DNA of 64,000 nucleotides from Schizochytrium sp. TIO01 (GCA_004764695.1 SMSO01000014.1:4598845-4662844); one strand, 5' to 3'. Numbered from the stretch's first letter, positions 24,234 through 37,689 are shown. A program made the numbers and translations. Notes: generated by a model from the letters alone, not told the origin.

Positions 24234-24779
24234 AAAAAATCAATTGAAGCAACAAAGAAGAAACAAACAAACCCTCATTGACCATTTCGAGCTCGTGGTG
24301 GTCCGCCTCCTGGAATTGGGGGGCTAGTTGCTGAGGTGCGCATTCGCTCGATCAGTCGTCAAGGGATTAATTGATCGACCATTTAAGTGCCTGCTGTCGC
24401 TTAGGCTAGCTAGCTAGCTAGCTGTGGAAACTCACTGGACGCGACCTGGATTGGAAGGCAGTTGACAGGCCCGTTTCGGAGAAGAAACTTGCGGCAAAAG
24501 CAGAACTAACTCACGCATCCGGAGCCCGCGGACAGACCAAGGCTGTTGCAGCTGCAAATCATCATCTCTTGAAGAAGCAAGCAGTTCGTTGAGCTCCGCT
24601 CACTGGCCGACGGAGTTTCGGGGTTGAAAGTACAGAACTGCTAAGCGGCGAGAACAATAAATAGAAAAAGAGTCCTCCAGCAGCAGGGGCAGAGCGATAT
24701 CCGGACGTCGTGAACAAGGGCTGTCTGTCTGTCTCTCTGTTATACGCAGCAGAACAGTAGAACAACATCTAAAGATAAA

Positions 24780-26228
24780 ATGCCCAAAAAGGTCGGCAAG
24801 TACGCCATCCACAGAACCCTGGGCGAGGGTACCTTCGGTAAGGTAAAGAAGGCCTACTCCGAAGAGGATGGAGAATGGGTCGCTATTAAGGTGCTTGACA
24901 AGGAAAAGATCCAACGCCAAAACATGGGCTCCCAAGTCAAGAAAGAAATCTCCATTATGAAGCTTGTGCGCCACCCTCATGTTGTGCAGCTCAAGGAGGT
25001 CCTTGCCTCCAGAACCAAGATCTTCATCGTCCTCGAGCTCGTTACCGGTGGAGAACTCTTCGATAAAATTGTCGCTGAAGGCCGCTTCAAAGAGAAGACA
25101 GCGCGCTTCTACTTCCAGCAGCTCTGTGTAGGCACTGAGTATTGCCACCGTCAGGGTGTTTGCCATCGTGACTTGAAGCCTGAGAACTTGCTACTCGACG
25201 ACCAAGGAAACCTCAAGATCAGTGATTTTGGTCTTTCGGCACTTTACGAACAGGACGCCGAAGCCGACCGCCAGTCTCTGCTCCACACCACCTGTGGTAC
25301 CCCTAACTACGTCGCACCAGAGGTTTTGGCTGACCAAGGTTACGACGGTGCTCTCGCCGACACATGGAGTATTGGTGTGATCTTGTATGTATTTCTCGCA
25401 GGCTTCTTGCCCTTCGACGAACCCACCATGGCCGCGCTCTTCCGCAAAATCCAGCGTGCTGACTTTACGTATCCATCATGGTTTACTCCGGAGGTCAAGG
25501 ATCTGCTTGGCAAAATTCTCGTTGTAGACCACACCAAGCGCTGGACCATCCGCCAGATCATGCAGCACCCGTGGTGGCGCAAGGACGGGCCCTATGCTAA
25601 CTGCTCTGATGTAGATGCTACGGCAGGCGTTTCCAGTGCCCCCGCTATGGAGGAGGATGATGACGACGAGCCCATGTCCAGCGTCTCTGACCCCCCTGCT
25701 CAGGCTGCATCCCCGCCCCAGCCGCCTACATCCCGCAACGAGACCCCTTCCCCCGATGGAGTCGTCCACGACGTTGATGAAAACGAGTCCATGCAGACCA
25801 ACGCTGAGACCCCCAGTAAGGGGACCTTCCCAAAGAAGGTCAACGCATTCGATCTCATTAACATGTGTTCAGGAACTGCCATTAACCGTATGTTGCAGAG
25901 TGGTGACGAAAAGTCGTCTTCCCGTAAAACGCACTTGTATGCCTCGAGCCGCCAGCCACGTGAAATCATGGCTTTCATCAAGCAACGTTTCCAGAGCTTG
26001 GATTATTTCGTGGAGCAATCTTCCTACAAGAACGACTCGAAGCTTCGCGCGGTCTTTGACATCGGCCATGGTCAGGTACATGTGAAGGTTTCCATTAAGG
26101 TTGCGTCGGACGACCCAACTCTCTGCCTTGTGGTCTTTAAGCGTGCTCGTGGTGACTTGATTTCGTTTGAGCGCCAGATCTCCACAGCTATTGATTCTAT
26201 TGTCCAAGAGCTTCAGGCCATGGCTTAA
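24780..26228 (+). CDS. CIPK: CBL-interacting Ser/Thr protein kinase (CIPK/SnRK3-like) with NAF domain
   Basis: 482 aa. GEGTFGKV, VAIK, HRDLKPEN, DFG, LLHTTCGTPNYVAPEV, regulatory VNAFDLI (NAF) motif and C-terminal KA1/PPI-like region. Confidence 0.95.
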   Translation: MPKKVGKYAIHRTLGEGTFGKVKKAYSEEDGEWVAIKVLDKEKIQRQNMGSQVKKEISIMKLVRHPHVVQLKEVLASRTKIFIVLELVTGGELFDKIVAEGRFKEKTARFYFQQLCVGTEYCHRQGVCHRDLKPENLLLDDQGNLKISDFGLSALYEQDAEADRQSLLHTTCGTPNYVAPEVLADQGYDGALADTWSIGVILYVFLAGFLPFDEPTMAALFRKIQRADFTYPSWFTPEVKDLLGKILVVDHTKRWTIRQIMQHPWWRKDGPYANCSDVDATAGVSSAPAMEEDDDDEPMSSVSDPPAQAASPPQPPTSRNETPSPDGVVHDVDENESMQTNAETPSKGTFPKKVNAFDLINMCSGTAINRMLQSGDEKSSSRKTHLYASSRQPREIMAFIKQRFQSLDYFVEQSSYKNDSKLRAVFDIGHGQVHVKVSIKVASDDPTLCLVVFKRARGDLISFERQISTAIDSIVQELQAMA

Positions 26229-27630
26229 AAAAACAACTCCTACCCTTTTAATTTACGCTTTGACATACACACAAAACATCGCATACATTCATACATACAT
26301 TAACAATTATGATCCCGCCCGCATATATCTAGTAGGATGCCTCGTACACCTTTTCTTTCCTTTTTGACACATTCCAATCGGTACTAAAGCAATTTAATCT
26401 TTCCCTGTCTTCTTACCATTCCTGATGTGCTTATTTACAATCTAATTTGCAGTGCTGACGACCTCCAGCGTTAAAGACAAATATGCTCCTTTACTGCCCT
26501 TGACTCGGCAAATAGTATCGGCAATGATTGTCGAGGAAGCCCATCTCTAAGTTCACATCTGAGATCCAGGAGCTGTGTTATGTACGTATATGATTGTTGT
26601 GTCTATTAAGATTGCGTCCATCTCAGAATTTCAAATTGTAAGGTTGAATGACAGTTTAGTATGCAAGGATTTGTGAGAAATAACTTTGCTGGATAGAGAG
26701 AAACATGAAATATTCTTCCTCCACGCATGCTCACGTCGCCTTTCACATGTCAATGAACACAACGCGGTTGTATAGACTTGTCTTCTTGGCAATACGTAAT
26801 GCACTTCACTTAAATATTAACATTGAAATATTTCTGAGTGCAAAATGATTCGTGTTTTTTTTTTGCAAACGATATCCATACTAGATAGCAAAGCTTGCAA
26901 TCCATGGTTTACAGTAATAATAATAAGCTAAAGAAGTCATGATCTCAAAACACTTCAGATTAAGTTTTCTTCTTTTCCATTTTTAACCAGGTATACTACA
27001 TTAGATGTAGTAGCTTAAATCAGTTTGTTACTGAAATGGGTAATTCTTTACTGTTTAAAAAAACGCGCAGTTTAAACACGACTATATTTTGTTGAATTCA
27101 GAAGTAAAATATGGATATTAAGAAGAAATTGCAGTGTAAATGAATTAACTTGGGAAACGTTCTACGTATTTATCATCTCTCAAAGTGATCCATAAGCTTA
27201 CAAACCTTGGGGTGACAAGTAAGCAGAAGGTTTCATAGTTTGTGTGTGAACATGATTATAAGATCAAACTAACTCTATACGGGACAGACATCGATGAACG
27301 GGCGAACCAGGACAGCATGCACAGAACTTAGAAATAGAGGAGAGCTATATCTGCTTGCAGCATAAATTAGTGTGTCACCTGAGCCCTATCCAGAAGCCCA
27401 ACATTCTGACCAAAAACATATTGCCCCCAGTAGCCAAGTATTATGTTTGTCCAATTAAACACAAGCCAACTCAGTGGCCGAATAATTCCATTACATTGCT
27501 GCTTGCCTTAGGTCAAAGCAAACAGAAGGACAGAAACATATAACAAGACATGGTTTTCTCTCTCCCCCAGCACCTCGTGCACGTCCTTGTTCGTACGAAC
27601 TAATAACAGAGCGCAAAAAGCCAGCAAATT

Positions 27631-28509
27631 TTAGCACTTCGCTCGTGAGGCGAAGAACGACTTGAAGGTGGTTGTCGGATGCATTTGCAAGTCCTCGGGG
27701 GCGAGCTCAAAGAAAGGAGTAAAATCTTGCTTTTGTTCGCTGGGTGCTGGGAACGAACGTTCCAACACCGTGCGGAGCATAGGGTGGTCATGCTCTGCAA
27801 GGTACTCTGATACGGGCATCCAGACTGCTGCGCGAATCTCATTCCGGTCAAAGTTAATGGTCTCAGACGGCTCGTCAAAGCACTCTAGGCGGCAAACCAC
27901 ATAAAGGTCTGATTGATCAGGGGACAGCGTACGTTGCCAAAAGGCCAGTACTGATCTAAATTCAGCATAGACACCAGTTTCCTCGCGGACCTCGCGACAT
28001 GCACCTTCAGGGAGCAACTCACCAGGATCCACAAGACCTCCAGGCATCTTCCACCGATCGTACTGAGAATGGTTCTCCTTGACCAGGAGAATTTCATTCC
28101 GTTGGTTGAGCACAAGAGCTCCAACACCAACCTGATGAAACCCGAAAGGGGGCACCTTATCCGGAATTTCGTCGGGAAGCCATTTGTACATTACAGCTTT
28201 CTGGCCTTTGGCATGGTGGAACTCGAAGCCCAGGTCAGAAGCAGTTTTGGCAAGCTCAATATTGCGCACATTCAGCGGCAGCCACACAGCTTTGCGGCCC
28301 TCCAGTTTCCACACTGGAATCAGTTTCCGCAGCTCAAGATTTACAGCCTCTGCGGTCGCCCTCGAGACCCCCTCAGAGTTCGACGCAGGCGACGCCACCT
28401 CTACCTCGACCCCTCGGTGGCTCGTTTCACGCCATGAGATCGCAGAGAAGCTCCTGGAAAGACCCCGGGACAACGCCCGGCGAGCGGTAACGCCAGCCGA
28501 AAGAAGCAT
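27631..28509 (-). CDS. Nudix hydrolase, NUDT6/AtNUDT2-8 type, probably mitochondrial
   Basis: 292 aa. Pre-Nudix region (WKLEGRKAVWL, GFEFHHA, HQVGVGA) and Nudix box GGLVDPGELLPEGACREVREETGV. Arg/Ser-rich N-terminus MLLSAGVTARRALSRGLSRSFS. Confidence 0.93.
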   Translation of the reverse strand: MLLSAGVTARRALSRGLSRSFSAISWRETSHRGVEVEVASPASNSEGVSRATAEAVNLELRKLIPVWKLEGRKAVWLPLNVRNIELAKTASDLGFEFHHAKGQKAVMYKWLPDEIPDKVPPFGFHQVGVGALVLNQRNEILLVKENHSQYDRWKMPGGLVDPGELLPEGACREVREETGVYAEFRSVLAFWQRTLSPDQSDLYVVCRLECFDEPSETINFDRNEIRAAVWMPVSEYLAEHDHPMLRTVLERSFPAPSEQKQDFTPFFELAPEDLQMHPTTTFKSFFASRAKC

Positions 28510-28649
28510 CTCGCCGAAAGACGCTTCTCAATTGGGCTTGCTGCTCGCCGATCAGTCTTTTAGTTTCTTGATTGTTGAGCTGAGGCCTTCCTTGACCGCC
28601 TCAAATGCTGCGATCGCTTCGAGGCACTCCTATTGTTTTGGCTATATAT

Positions 28650-31400
28650 GCATTACGACCACCCTCGCTGGTAAATGCAATTTGCAATTTGCAGCAATAA
28701 GATATCTCGAGAAACTCCTTCAGGGTCAACGCTCAGGGAAACTCTTTACTGCGAATGTGGACCTTACAGGAGTTCTAACAATGGATCATCTGCAGTATCT
28801 GGGACGGCTTATCGGTAGGATTGAAGCTTGAATCAGCGAATGCCTTCAACATCGAAAAGCCATGGGCTCCTGCAGCACCATAGTTTTGGTACCTAAAGAT
28901 GTTAGGTAGTAGAGCTTATAGGAAAACAGGCTAAAACCATGTTGGGTTGGTTCTTTGAGGTGGTTCTTGCGAGTGCTGTGGCGTTCTAGACATGATAACG
29001 GCAGTAAGCGAAAAAGCCACCGTCCGGACCGGAAGGACAGCTGCAGAGCCAGCTAAGAGGGGCAGGGAGGAGGCAATAAGCTCGGCTTTCTTTGACTTTA
29101 AGAATACTTTGCATTCTTCTTGTCCTGGAGTGTGCAAAATGGGAGATGCCGAACAGGGTCAACTTTGACGAAGATATGAAATGCCGATTGACTTGCGTCA
29201 AATGAAAAGTTGACCGTCCTTTTGATCCTGCTGCATTTCAAAAAATACCTTGCTTTTGTTTTCATTACCTTCAAGATAACTTCTTCCTTGGTGCATCATC
29301 GGTTGATGCCCATGATGTGTATAAGAAGATTGTGCACCTCATTCATAATATTAATTGTGAAGTTTAGGAATATGGTGAGTTTTCACAGGAGCTTTTCTTG
29401 TTCTCTAGTACAGAGGCCACAGTTAGCTATTCGAAAAACGAGCTATTGTATATATTAACTTGGTGATAGCACAAAGACTCATCAACTTCTTGAAAGCTCG
29501 TTTTGAGGTACAAGAGAAACTTACTCGATTTCTCAAGGTTGCAATCTGCCTAAGGTAACTTTCAACCTGTTCATTGTGTTTTTCTTAGCATGTTTCCTGT
29601 GTGTTATATGATAATAGAGATAATCGAGACTGCTGTGAGCTACTTGGTTTAGGAAGGGTTTAGAAAATAATACCCAGTGCAGGCGTAAAGGTCGGTCTTG
29701 GCAGCGAATAACGAGTAAATCTTCACAACTAGGGGCTTGGAGATTCACCAGAGCAGGCACTGCAGATTTCGGACTCTGCAAAATTAAACAACGTTAGTTT
29801 CTGGTAAAGAAACTCGGACCCTATTCATAAGAGGAAAATCCAAGTTGTAGCAACTTGACGCATCAGTTACTCGAGGTGTAGTTGTTATGAAAAGAGGAAT
29901 GAAACAATCATAATGAATTGGAGCTGCTTCAACAAAAATTCAAAATACTAATTTGTGACGCTCAAAGCAAAAGAAGAGCAGAATATTTATCAACGCTCAA
30001 TAAACAAGTATCCAATATTGCGGGGACAGTGGAAAGACTGTATAAATTTACTAAAAAAGAATAGAAAAAAAGTTCGTAAATCTGGGTCGTATTTGTATCT
30101 ATTCGCCTGTCTTTATATTTATTTTAGAAGACTATGAGCAACGAAAGACGATATAATGAGACTCCCAGCAACATTTGCACAACTGTCTGTGCCTTTTTTT
30201 AACATGCTAAAAGATGTTTTAAACGAATTCAGAGTGAACTATTCTCGTCATTGCTTTAGTTTCTTTGGGAACGGACTTCTTGATGTGTTCGGTGCTTCCT
30301 TCAGCATTTCATTTCCCGCTTTCAAGCACGTACCTATGACAACACTTCATTATGGATTCCCAAGCTTCTTCCTCCACTCCAGTTTTTTTCAAACAAGAAT
30401 AAGGGACGGCGCAGAAGTATTGGTTCTCAAGTCAAGCATTCCAAGGCGCATATGTTGGTTATAATTCTTTGGGAAATCTATGTAAGGAGCCACACCCAGC
30501 TGATTACAAGAGAAGGATATAAAACGGATAATTAGGTAGTAAGTAGTAGTACGAAAAGAATCGCCTCTGCAATACTTGTTCAGTGGTGATTTCCAGTGAA
30601 GCTTCCTGTTCGAAGTTTGTGGTGGGCAGGATGGTTTCCAATAATCCTTCTGAACCCTCTAGTATGTCAGCAATATATCGAATGGATTGTTACATTTTGC
30701 CTGCCTCTACCCAACATTTGAACCACTGTCACAAGTCTATAGAGACATACAGGCATCATAGCCACATATGCCAAAGTCATAAGAGTCGACCGCCCCCCGC
30801 CCCCCGAGAAGGTTGTCATAAATCGCTTATATTGGTTCGAGGTATTCGAGCTCGTGCTCATGAATATACACGTGGATAAATCCAAGACAATTGTTGACAG
30901 TTCGTATTGATAGCTTAAAACTACTTTAGCATCAATTGATTATCTGTATGAAGAGTCTTCTAAACCCCTTCATCTGTGAGAAGCTTTTAGTGGGTGCTTT
31001 TTAGCTCTAGATTAGCTATGGATCACCCCATCCTTTCCGAAGTTTTGCTATCCATGGCCTCTCTTGATGCCGAGAGAGAACCCTTTTAATGCAGTTACTA
31101 CAACGACAATTCTGAGCTCTAGCGACTTTCTCTTACCTGAAGCCTGAAGTTAAGTTACATTAACCTAGGATGGGAGCCTTAAATCCCTATATTTCTCCCA
31201 GTTGCTCATACTACATATCTAGTGAGACCTGCCTACATCGGGAATCTCCTGCTATATGCACGATAGATTCTTCGGTTTTCTGTCTTGCTATGCTGCTTCG
31301 TCTCCAAAAAGCAGTTTCTGGCCAACTTTAGGAGATTTCCGTGCACTCTCTTTCCCTACAATCTTTCTGCTGGAAATAATTTTGTCCATTTCCACAATGA
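28650..31400 (+). pseudogene. Candidate decayed or small-intron-rich gene divergent from the Nudix gene
   Basis: Protein-like pieces (AAIRYLEKLLQG, DAHDVYKKIVHLIH, RLINFLKARFEVQEKLTRFLKV, NELELLQQKFKILICDAQSKRRAEYLSTLNKQV) separated by stops and frameshifts. Several short GT..AG segments are present. Confidence 0.35.
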
Positions 31401-32590
31401 ATAACTAATCACTTGAACTTTTACTAACCAGGGTAGTATAAGCTAATTGTTACTACTTACCATTTTTTTAAAAAATTAAGATGTCTTTGAAAGAAATAAA
31501 CCGACTAATTTACTAACGAAGTGAACAAACAGGATCGTCCCTTAAACTGCAGTCTCCTTCTTCTCTCGAAACAAAGAAATCTTCCTTGGTTTCTATCAAT
31601 TCTCTTTACACTAAGCTCTCCAGAGCACCTGAGGCTCTCTAAGGCTTCGACAATCCGCCCAAGGTCTAAGTCTTCATCATGATTCCTTCTCATTCATTCT
31701 TTTACGTGCACAGGATAAAAGAACGACACGACACTGAACAGAACGACTGCTATGGTTCCATCTATAATCATTACGATCGAATCATTGTCATCGTCCGCGC
31801 AAAGAAGCGAAAACATGCCCATCGCAAGACCGTGACCTCGCAAAGTTTGGCTCTAAAGTACACTCAGACATGAGGATTGTGCATGTATTTTGCACGAGAA
31901 GAGCGTCCTCATGAGCATACCACAATGCGTGTGTATGTATATGTGTGTGGTAGATTGGAATCGTAATGTATGGCACTCTTCGAATTGAAGTACCTCATTA
32001 AATCAGCAGTGCTAGTAGTGGAGGTAAGTAACCTCGTAAGGCCATCTCTTATTGATTTTTTTATTAAAGAAAGAAGGCGGTCAGCAAGACCACTTTCTTT
32101 TTCTTTCTTTCTTACTTACTTTCTTTCTTTCTGTCTTTCTTATTTCTTTCTTTCTCTCATTCCTCACGAACCCTTTCTCGCTGCGTCTAAACTTCGTTTG
32201 GGCAAGCCCATCGCGAGCCGCTCTCGAGCACCTTCGCAGGCACTCAGAAGTCGAGGAGGCGCGTTCGAGGAGACTCGGAGAGGAGACTAGCGTTGGACGT
32301 GTAGAAGTCCGCGGCGAACGCAGTCTGGAGGACGACACGCACGCGCCGGCGACTTCGGACTAGCAAGAGCTCCGGCGAAAGACTCTCTCCGACACCATCT
32401 CGGAAAGACTCGCAACTCAAGACCTCACGCGGTAGGCACCTGCTAGTTGATTGGGCGCTTGAAGTCTCACCTTGTAGTCCTGCTCACTCGCTTAAAGACC
32501 AACGCGGATCGGCGACAAGATACATATACTCATATAATCTAATATCATAATAAACAGAAGCAGAAGGAAACTCTTGCAGAGAAGATCAAG

Positions 32591-33446
32591 ATGCTTGGAG
32601 ATAATGAACGCCGCTTCAAGCTCGTCATTTTGGGAACCATGGGAGGTAAGTCTACGCGCAATTTTTGTCATGGTATTGGCTGCGTTTGTTCTTGGAGGTA
32701 CAAGAAACTGCAGAAAATGCAGAAATTGTCAGGACATCGTGGGTATTTGCGGCACGCAAGTTCAGAACAGCTTACACGAAGACTGCAAAAGAAAATCCAT
32801 CCTGGTACTAGTGATGTCAAATGGCGATGCAAAAATAGATGACTGACGATTGAAGTTGTTTGTGTAATGTCGGGTTATGACGCTCTTTTTGAATGAACAG
32901 TTGGAAAGACATGCTTGACGATGCGTTTTGTGAAGGGCATGTTCGATGATGACCAGCTGCCAACAATTGGTGCAGCTTACATGACGCAGAAACTTGAGGC
33001 AGAGGGTAAGCAATATATTTTTGAGATCTGGGATACCGCTGGGCAGGAGCGTTACGAAGCCATCACTCCGCTTTACTACCGTAGTGCAGAAGCGGCCGTG
33101 ATTGTATTCGATCTGACCTACGGAGAGTCCTTTGCTAAGGCCCAGGAGTGGCTCAAGCGCCTGAAGAAGGAGCGCCCTGATCCGGATATGCCCGTTGCTC
33201 TTGTTGGAAACAAGAGTGATCGTGAAGGTCGTGAGGTTAATGAAGAGGAGGTCCAGGCTTTTGCTGAGGAGAACGGTCTCCAGTACTTTGAAACTTCTGC
33301 GAAAACTGGCCAGAATGTGGACAACATGTTTTCTTGGGTAGCTACTCATTTGCCTCCTCCCGCAGAATCTGCTGATGATGGAGCTGACGCATTTCCCTGT
33401 GTCTTCTGAAGGTCTTGCTGGAGAGAAGTCAAATTCTTGCTGCTAA
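32591..33446 (+). CDS. Rab5-family small GTPase: exon 1 32591-32645, intron 32646-32900, exon 2 from 32901; C-terminal CC tail lies in the +1 frame
   Basis: Splicing G|GTAAG..AACAG|TT rebuilds the P-loop GTMGVGKT. PTIGAAY, WDTAGQERY, PLYYRSA, GNKSD and ETSAK are present. The in-frame stop is TGA 33407-33409, but the +1 frame reads VSSEGLAGEKSNSCC to TAA 33444-33446. Confidence 0.92.
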
Positions 33447-36400
33447 ACTCGCTACCCATTCTTTGTAAATGCCCATTTGTTCTCTCTTTTACATAAGGGT
33501 CAGCCAATCACTGAGTTGCTTGCATGCTTCGATTGTGACTACTGTTCCCTGCAAGCTGTGATCCCTTCGTGGTGAAGCTCGAAATCACTATCATGAGCTG
33601 GCGAAGCTGGCTCGATACTTAACCTTAGTAAAAAATAACGAAAGAGTACATATCCACTAATTCCACGGTATTTCTTGTATTAAACTTTGTGTTAGGAATC
33701 CCATCCCATTTGTAGTTATTTTTGTTTAAAACAAAAGGCCATAAAACGCAGGGATTGCTCATTATATGTTTCTTGATGAAGGTAATTTCAACACCTTGAG
33801 GTGTATGCTCCTTTTCCCCTTCAAAGATAACAAGAAGAATCTACTTTTGGCGCAAACTCATTTTTACACGTATGCTTGAAAAACATGGGCGTTAAACTAA
33901 ACCGCCAACAGGTTGAATGCCGCTTACTTATTCCGTTTAACACTGCTTCTACCAAATTATTATATTATCCCTGATTCATATATATTCCATTCTGTGTTCC
34001 ATAACATGGTTCCAAAGCAATCTATTTTGTTTCACTAAATATTTATATATCTGCGAAACTTGGGTGATTCACATGTATCTAGACACGTTTACATTAAGTC
34101 ATTAAATATTGAGGATTTCCCAATGAAGGTCCCGAGTTTGGGAAGGGACTATGTCTGATTACCTTTTGAATTATACTAAAGCTCCTTGTATGACAAACGG
34201 CACAATTTCATAACTCGTTGCTGACACTGATTGCCTCAATACTCTTTGATACAGTTTGATACACGAGTAAAAAACTCGAAGACAATAGCCTCTTTTACTA
34301 CATCCTGTTTTGAGTTTTGTCGCAAAGCGGTATTTAAGATCGGACTCTTCTCCATTTTTTATTGGCCCAAGCTTAAGCGCTACTTTTTGTACAAGTCGGG
34401 TATCAGCAAGTTGCAAGTCGAACACACGTACACGAGATCCCTGATTTGAAGTCATCAATAAATTCAGTCGGGGCATTTTCATTTCCAGTCGGAAAATACA
34501 TGAGTCATGACTAAAAGAGGGACACCATCCAAAATTATAACTCTCCTGGCAGAAAGCTCCAGATGGCTACAATTACCCCCTTCATTTCAAAGGTACTGCT
34601 TCGATGCGTTGTTCTTTGCTCTGCTCTGCTCTGCTCTGCTCTGCTTTACTCTGCTAGACGGTGCAGTCTGTCCAACAACCTATTTACTATCGTTCCCGGA
34701 AATACGCGTGGGAAGGATTTATCTTCCGATCAGTCGCGTTTTTCTCGAGTGGACCGCTGGAATCTCGTCGCATACGCGCTGCCGCCCAAACCTTGATTTC
34801 CCGAAGCGATCTTCAAGTTGGCGTGGCAGTCAATTAATTCAACCAGCGGTGATCCACGGCGATCTTTGGGAGACGAAATTCAACTTTGGCTATAACTAAC
34901 TGTTCACGAAAAAGAGCAGCTCTCGGGTGCATGGCTTCTTGCCGATCTTCCGAGCGCAACCTCAACGTTGACATAGGAAGAACTTGGTCAGCCACACAGG
35001 TGTTTCAGAAAGCACACCCTCAGGCAATCCCTAATGCCTCCCTGTTAAATAACCAAGGAGATCCAAATGCCCCTGATCCCACGGATCTTCGCAAAGGTCC
35101 TAGAACGCGACGAAGAGGTTGGGCTTGCCCATTCCAGAAAGGTCACGGCCCGTGCGATGAAGCTGAATGCAAGCAACTCTTGACTCCAACCTTGGGCCTT
35201 GTCAGAGAAGTTCGCGAGTCTTCGAGCATTGCCGATCTCAACTCTGGCTTCGTAGGTACTCCAATTGAAGGTTGAAGAAGGGAAGAACACAAAACACACA
35301 CCGTCATGCTGTACATTTGGTGTGATAAGAGAGTCCGTTCTTGTGGATCTCGTTGAAGCTTAAGGTTCGCTGCTCTTGGAGACCTGATTCATTAAAAACA
35401 GGTTGCAGATGCTCACTCTTTGTGCGTGGAACAGCTAGCTGTAAACCCCCGTGACGTTGGAATACATCAGACTTCAGGATACCCGAATTGAAATCAATCG
35501 CCATTAACCTCTCGCGGGAAACCTCGTGAAGTTTGTACACTCTCAGTTAACCGGCTTTTCAACAACAGCACGGTAGAACTTGGAGTCGCTGACTGCCAGA
35601 ACGCATATCTACGGCTCGAGAGGTTCGTGGATGAGCCTCTCGTGCACTCAAACGCTTTCGATCTCTAGCACTCCAGTTATCAGAGTCGTTTGGCGCTGAT
35701 TCAAGTTTCGCCGTTCGTGATTGACTGATTCCTGTAACACATTTTGTTCTACAGTCTAAGCAGACATACAGACATACCTTAAGGGGTTCTCATTTGCAAG
35801 CAAAGTTTCACGAGTCCGGGAACCTCCGTCTGAAAACGGAGTTGAGAAGAAGACTTTAGCAGAAGCTCGGCTTCTTCGTGACCACCCGAGTTCATATTGT
35901 TACATCGTCTTGGGGAAAGTTAATTTATGAATGAATGAATGAATGAATGAATGAATGGCACAACATGAACAAAAATGTAATAGTTCCTCGCAGGCACCTA
36001 GGCTTCTTTTTCTGTGCGACAGTCAGTGAATCAATCAATCAACTCATTTGCCACTCAGTCCGTGGGAGACTAGGAACTAGGTGCTGTATTATCTTGGCTG
36101 GCCAAGGTCTGAAGTTGTTTGCAGTAGCAGTATTAGCAGCGAGGCGGCTCTTGCTTTGGCAGGTCAGTGCCATCGGAACGAGCCTCGTGCATTCATTCCG
36201 CTTCTTTTCCTTTCTTAAAAAAACAATAAAATAATAGAAAGACTTGTTGTTCAAAAGAAAGTAAAAAGACGATCAGAAACAGAATTTAACCATACCCAGC
36301 AGAACTTCAGATTCAACTGCACTTGAAGATGAGTGAGTGTTGATTCATCTATTTAGGCGTAAGCAAGTTCCCGAGCCTGCCAGATGGGGATCTTTGTGGC

Positions 36401-37689
36401 TTCTCTCGGCTGTTCGGGAGAAGCCAATGGCACGTGAAGTTATTCTGCCTTTTACAGGCCTGCTTTGAAGTGCTTTCTTTCGAGCAGCGATCACTTGAAT
36501 CGCTCAATGCGCACGCACCCAAGAAAGGAGACCTCAGAACCAATTTCCGCGAAAGTGAAGAGCGAAGAGGAAGAAAGACAGTGAGCGATCTTTTACTCAA
36601 CAGATATGACATCTCATATATTCTATGTTCACTTGAAGTTTTTTTAGTTGAAATAAGATTTTTTAATTTTAAAAGCAAAACAAAAACACTATTACCGGCT
36701 TAAAGCAGTACATAAACAAATTCTCTTTCTTATTTTTAATTAAGTATAAAAGAAAATACTGGTTTTGGGCCATGGTAAAACAGGCTTTTTTCTCAAGTTA
36801 GGTACGACTTTCCTTTCCTCATCATCTCGACTCCTCTTCTTCTTCTTCTTCTTCTTCTTCTTGCGCTCGAAGAGCCCCCGCAAATGCAGCCCGTTGAACC
36901 TGAGCTATGCGAGTTGTGTGCCGATGTCTACTGTGTTTCCAGCGGCTTTAGCCTTTTATCGCAAAGAACCATCACAGAACGCCGGGTAAGTAATGCACTA
37001 TCTATGTTAAATGATTATAATTTTAAGTTAATTATATTTTTACTTAATTAATTGATTGATACTGTATGCGCGAGTGAGTTGTGTTGTCCAGGTCCAAGAA
37101 AGGGGCTGCTCGGGCAGTTGTCATGCTCTCCGCGGCATTGCACAACGCGAGAGCCATTCAGACATTCGATTGGCCGGCTGGTTGAAGACTCGGCTACTCA
37201 GCTTGGGGGGATCGACGCGCTGTACTGCACACACTGGCATTGATGAGGAATATTTTACATCGTTGATGACGAGCAGCAGCACAAAATGAATGATGGAGAA
37301 CACACGATTGTGGATGAAGTAGCGTACGTTTATAAGAAAACTGTTTGAAGAGGATTCAGGTCATGACGACGACGACGACGACGACGAGAATGATATTGAG
37401 GATGCCAGATGGGTTAGAGGTGCAAGTGAAAAGGACTGTTGTGATTGATTTCCTCACGATGTAGACGGCTCTTTGGAAAGAAAGACTCCGTGTTTATTAA
37501 AGGAGTGCTTGCCATGTGTTTTAATAATTCTTTCTATATTGCGATCCCGGAGTGCTCAGGAATGGTCCCCTGTGAAGATCCTGAGGCGATTATAGCATCT
37601 TGTTTGAGATCGTAAATGTGGCAAAATGCTTGTTGATGATGTTGTGATTGTAAAGAAGCTAAACAGCAGGCTTAAAGACTCGACCACGG

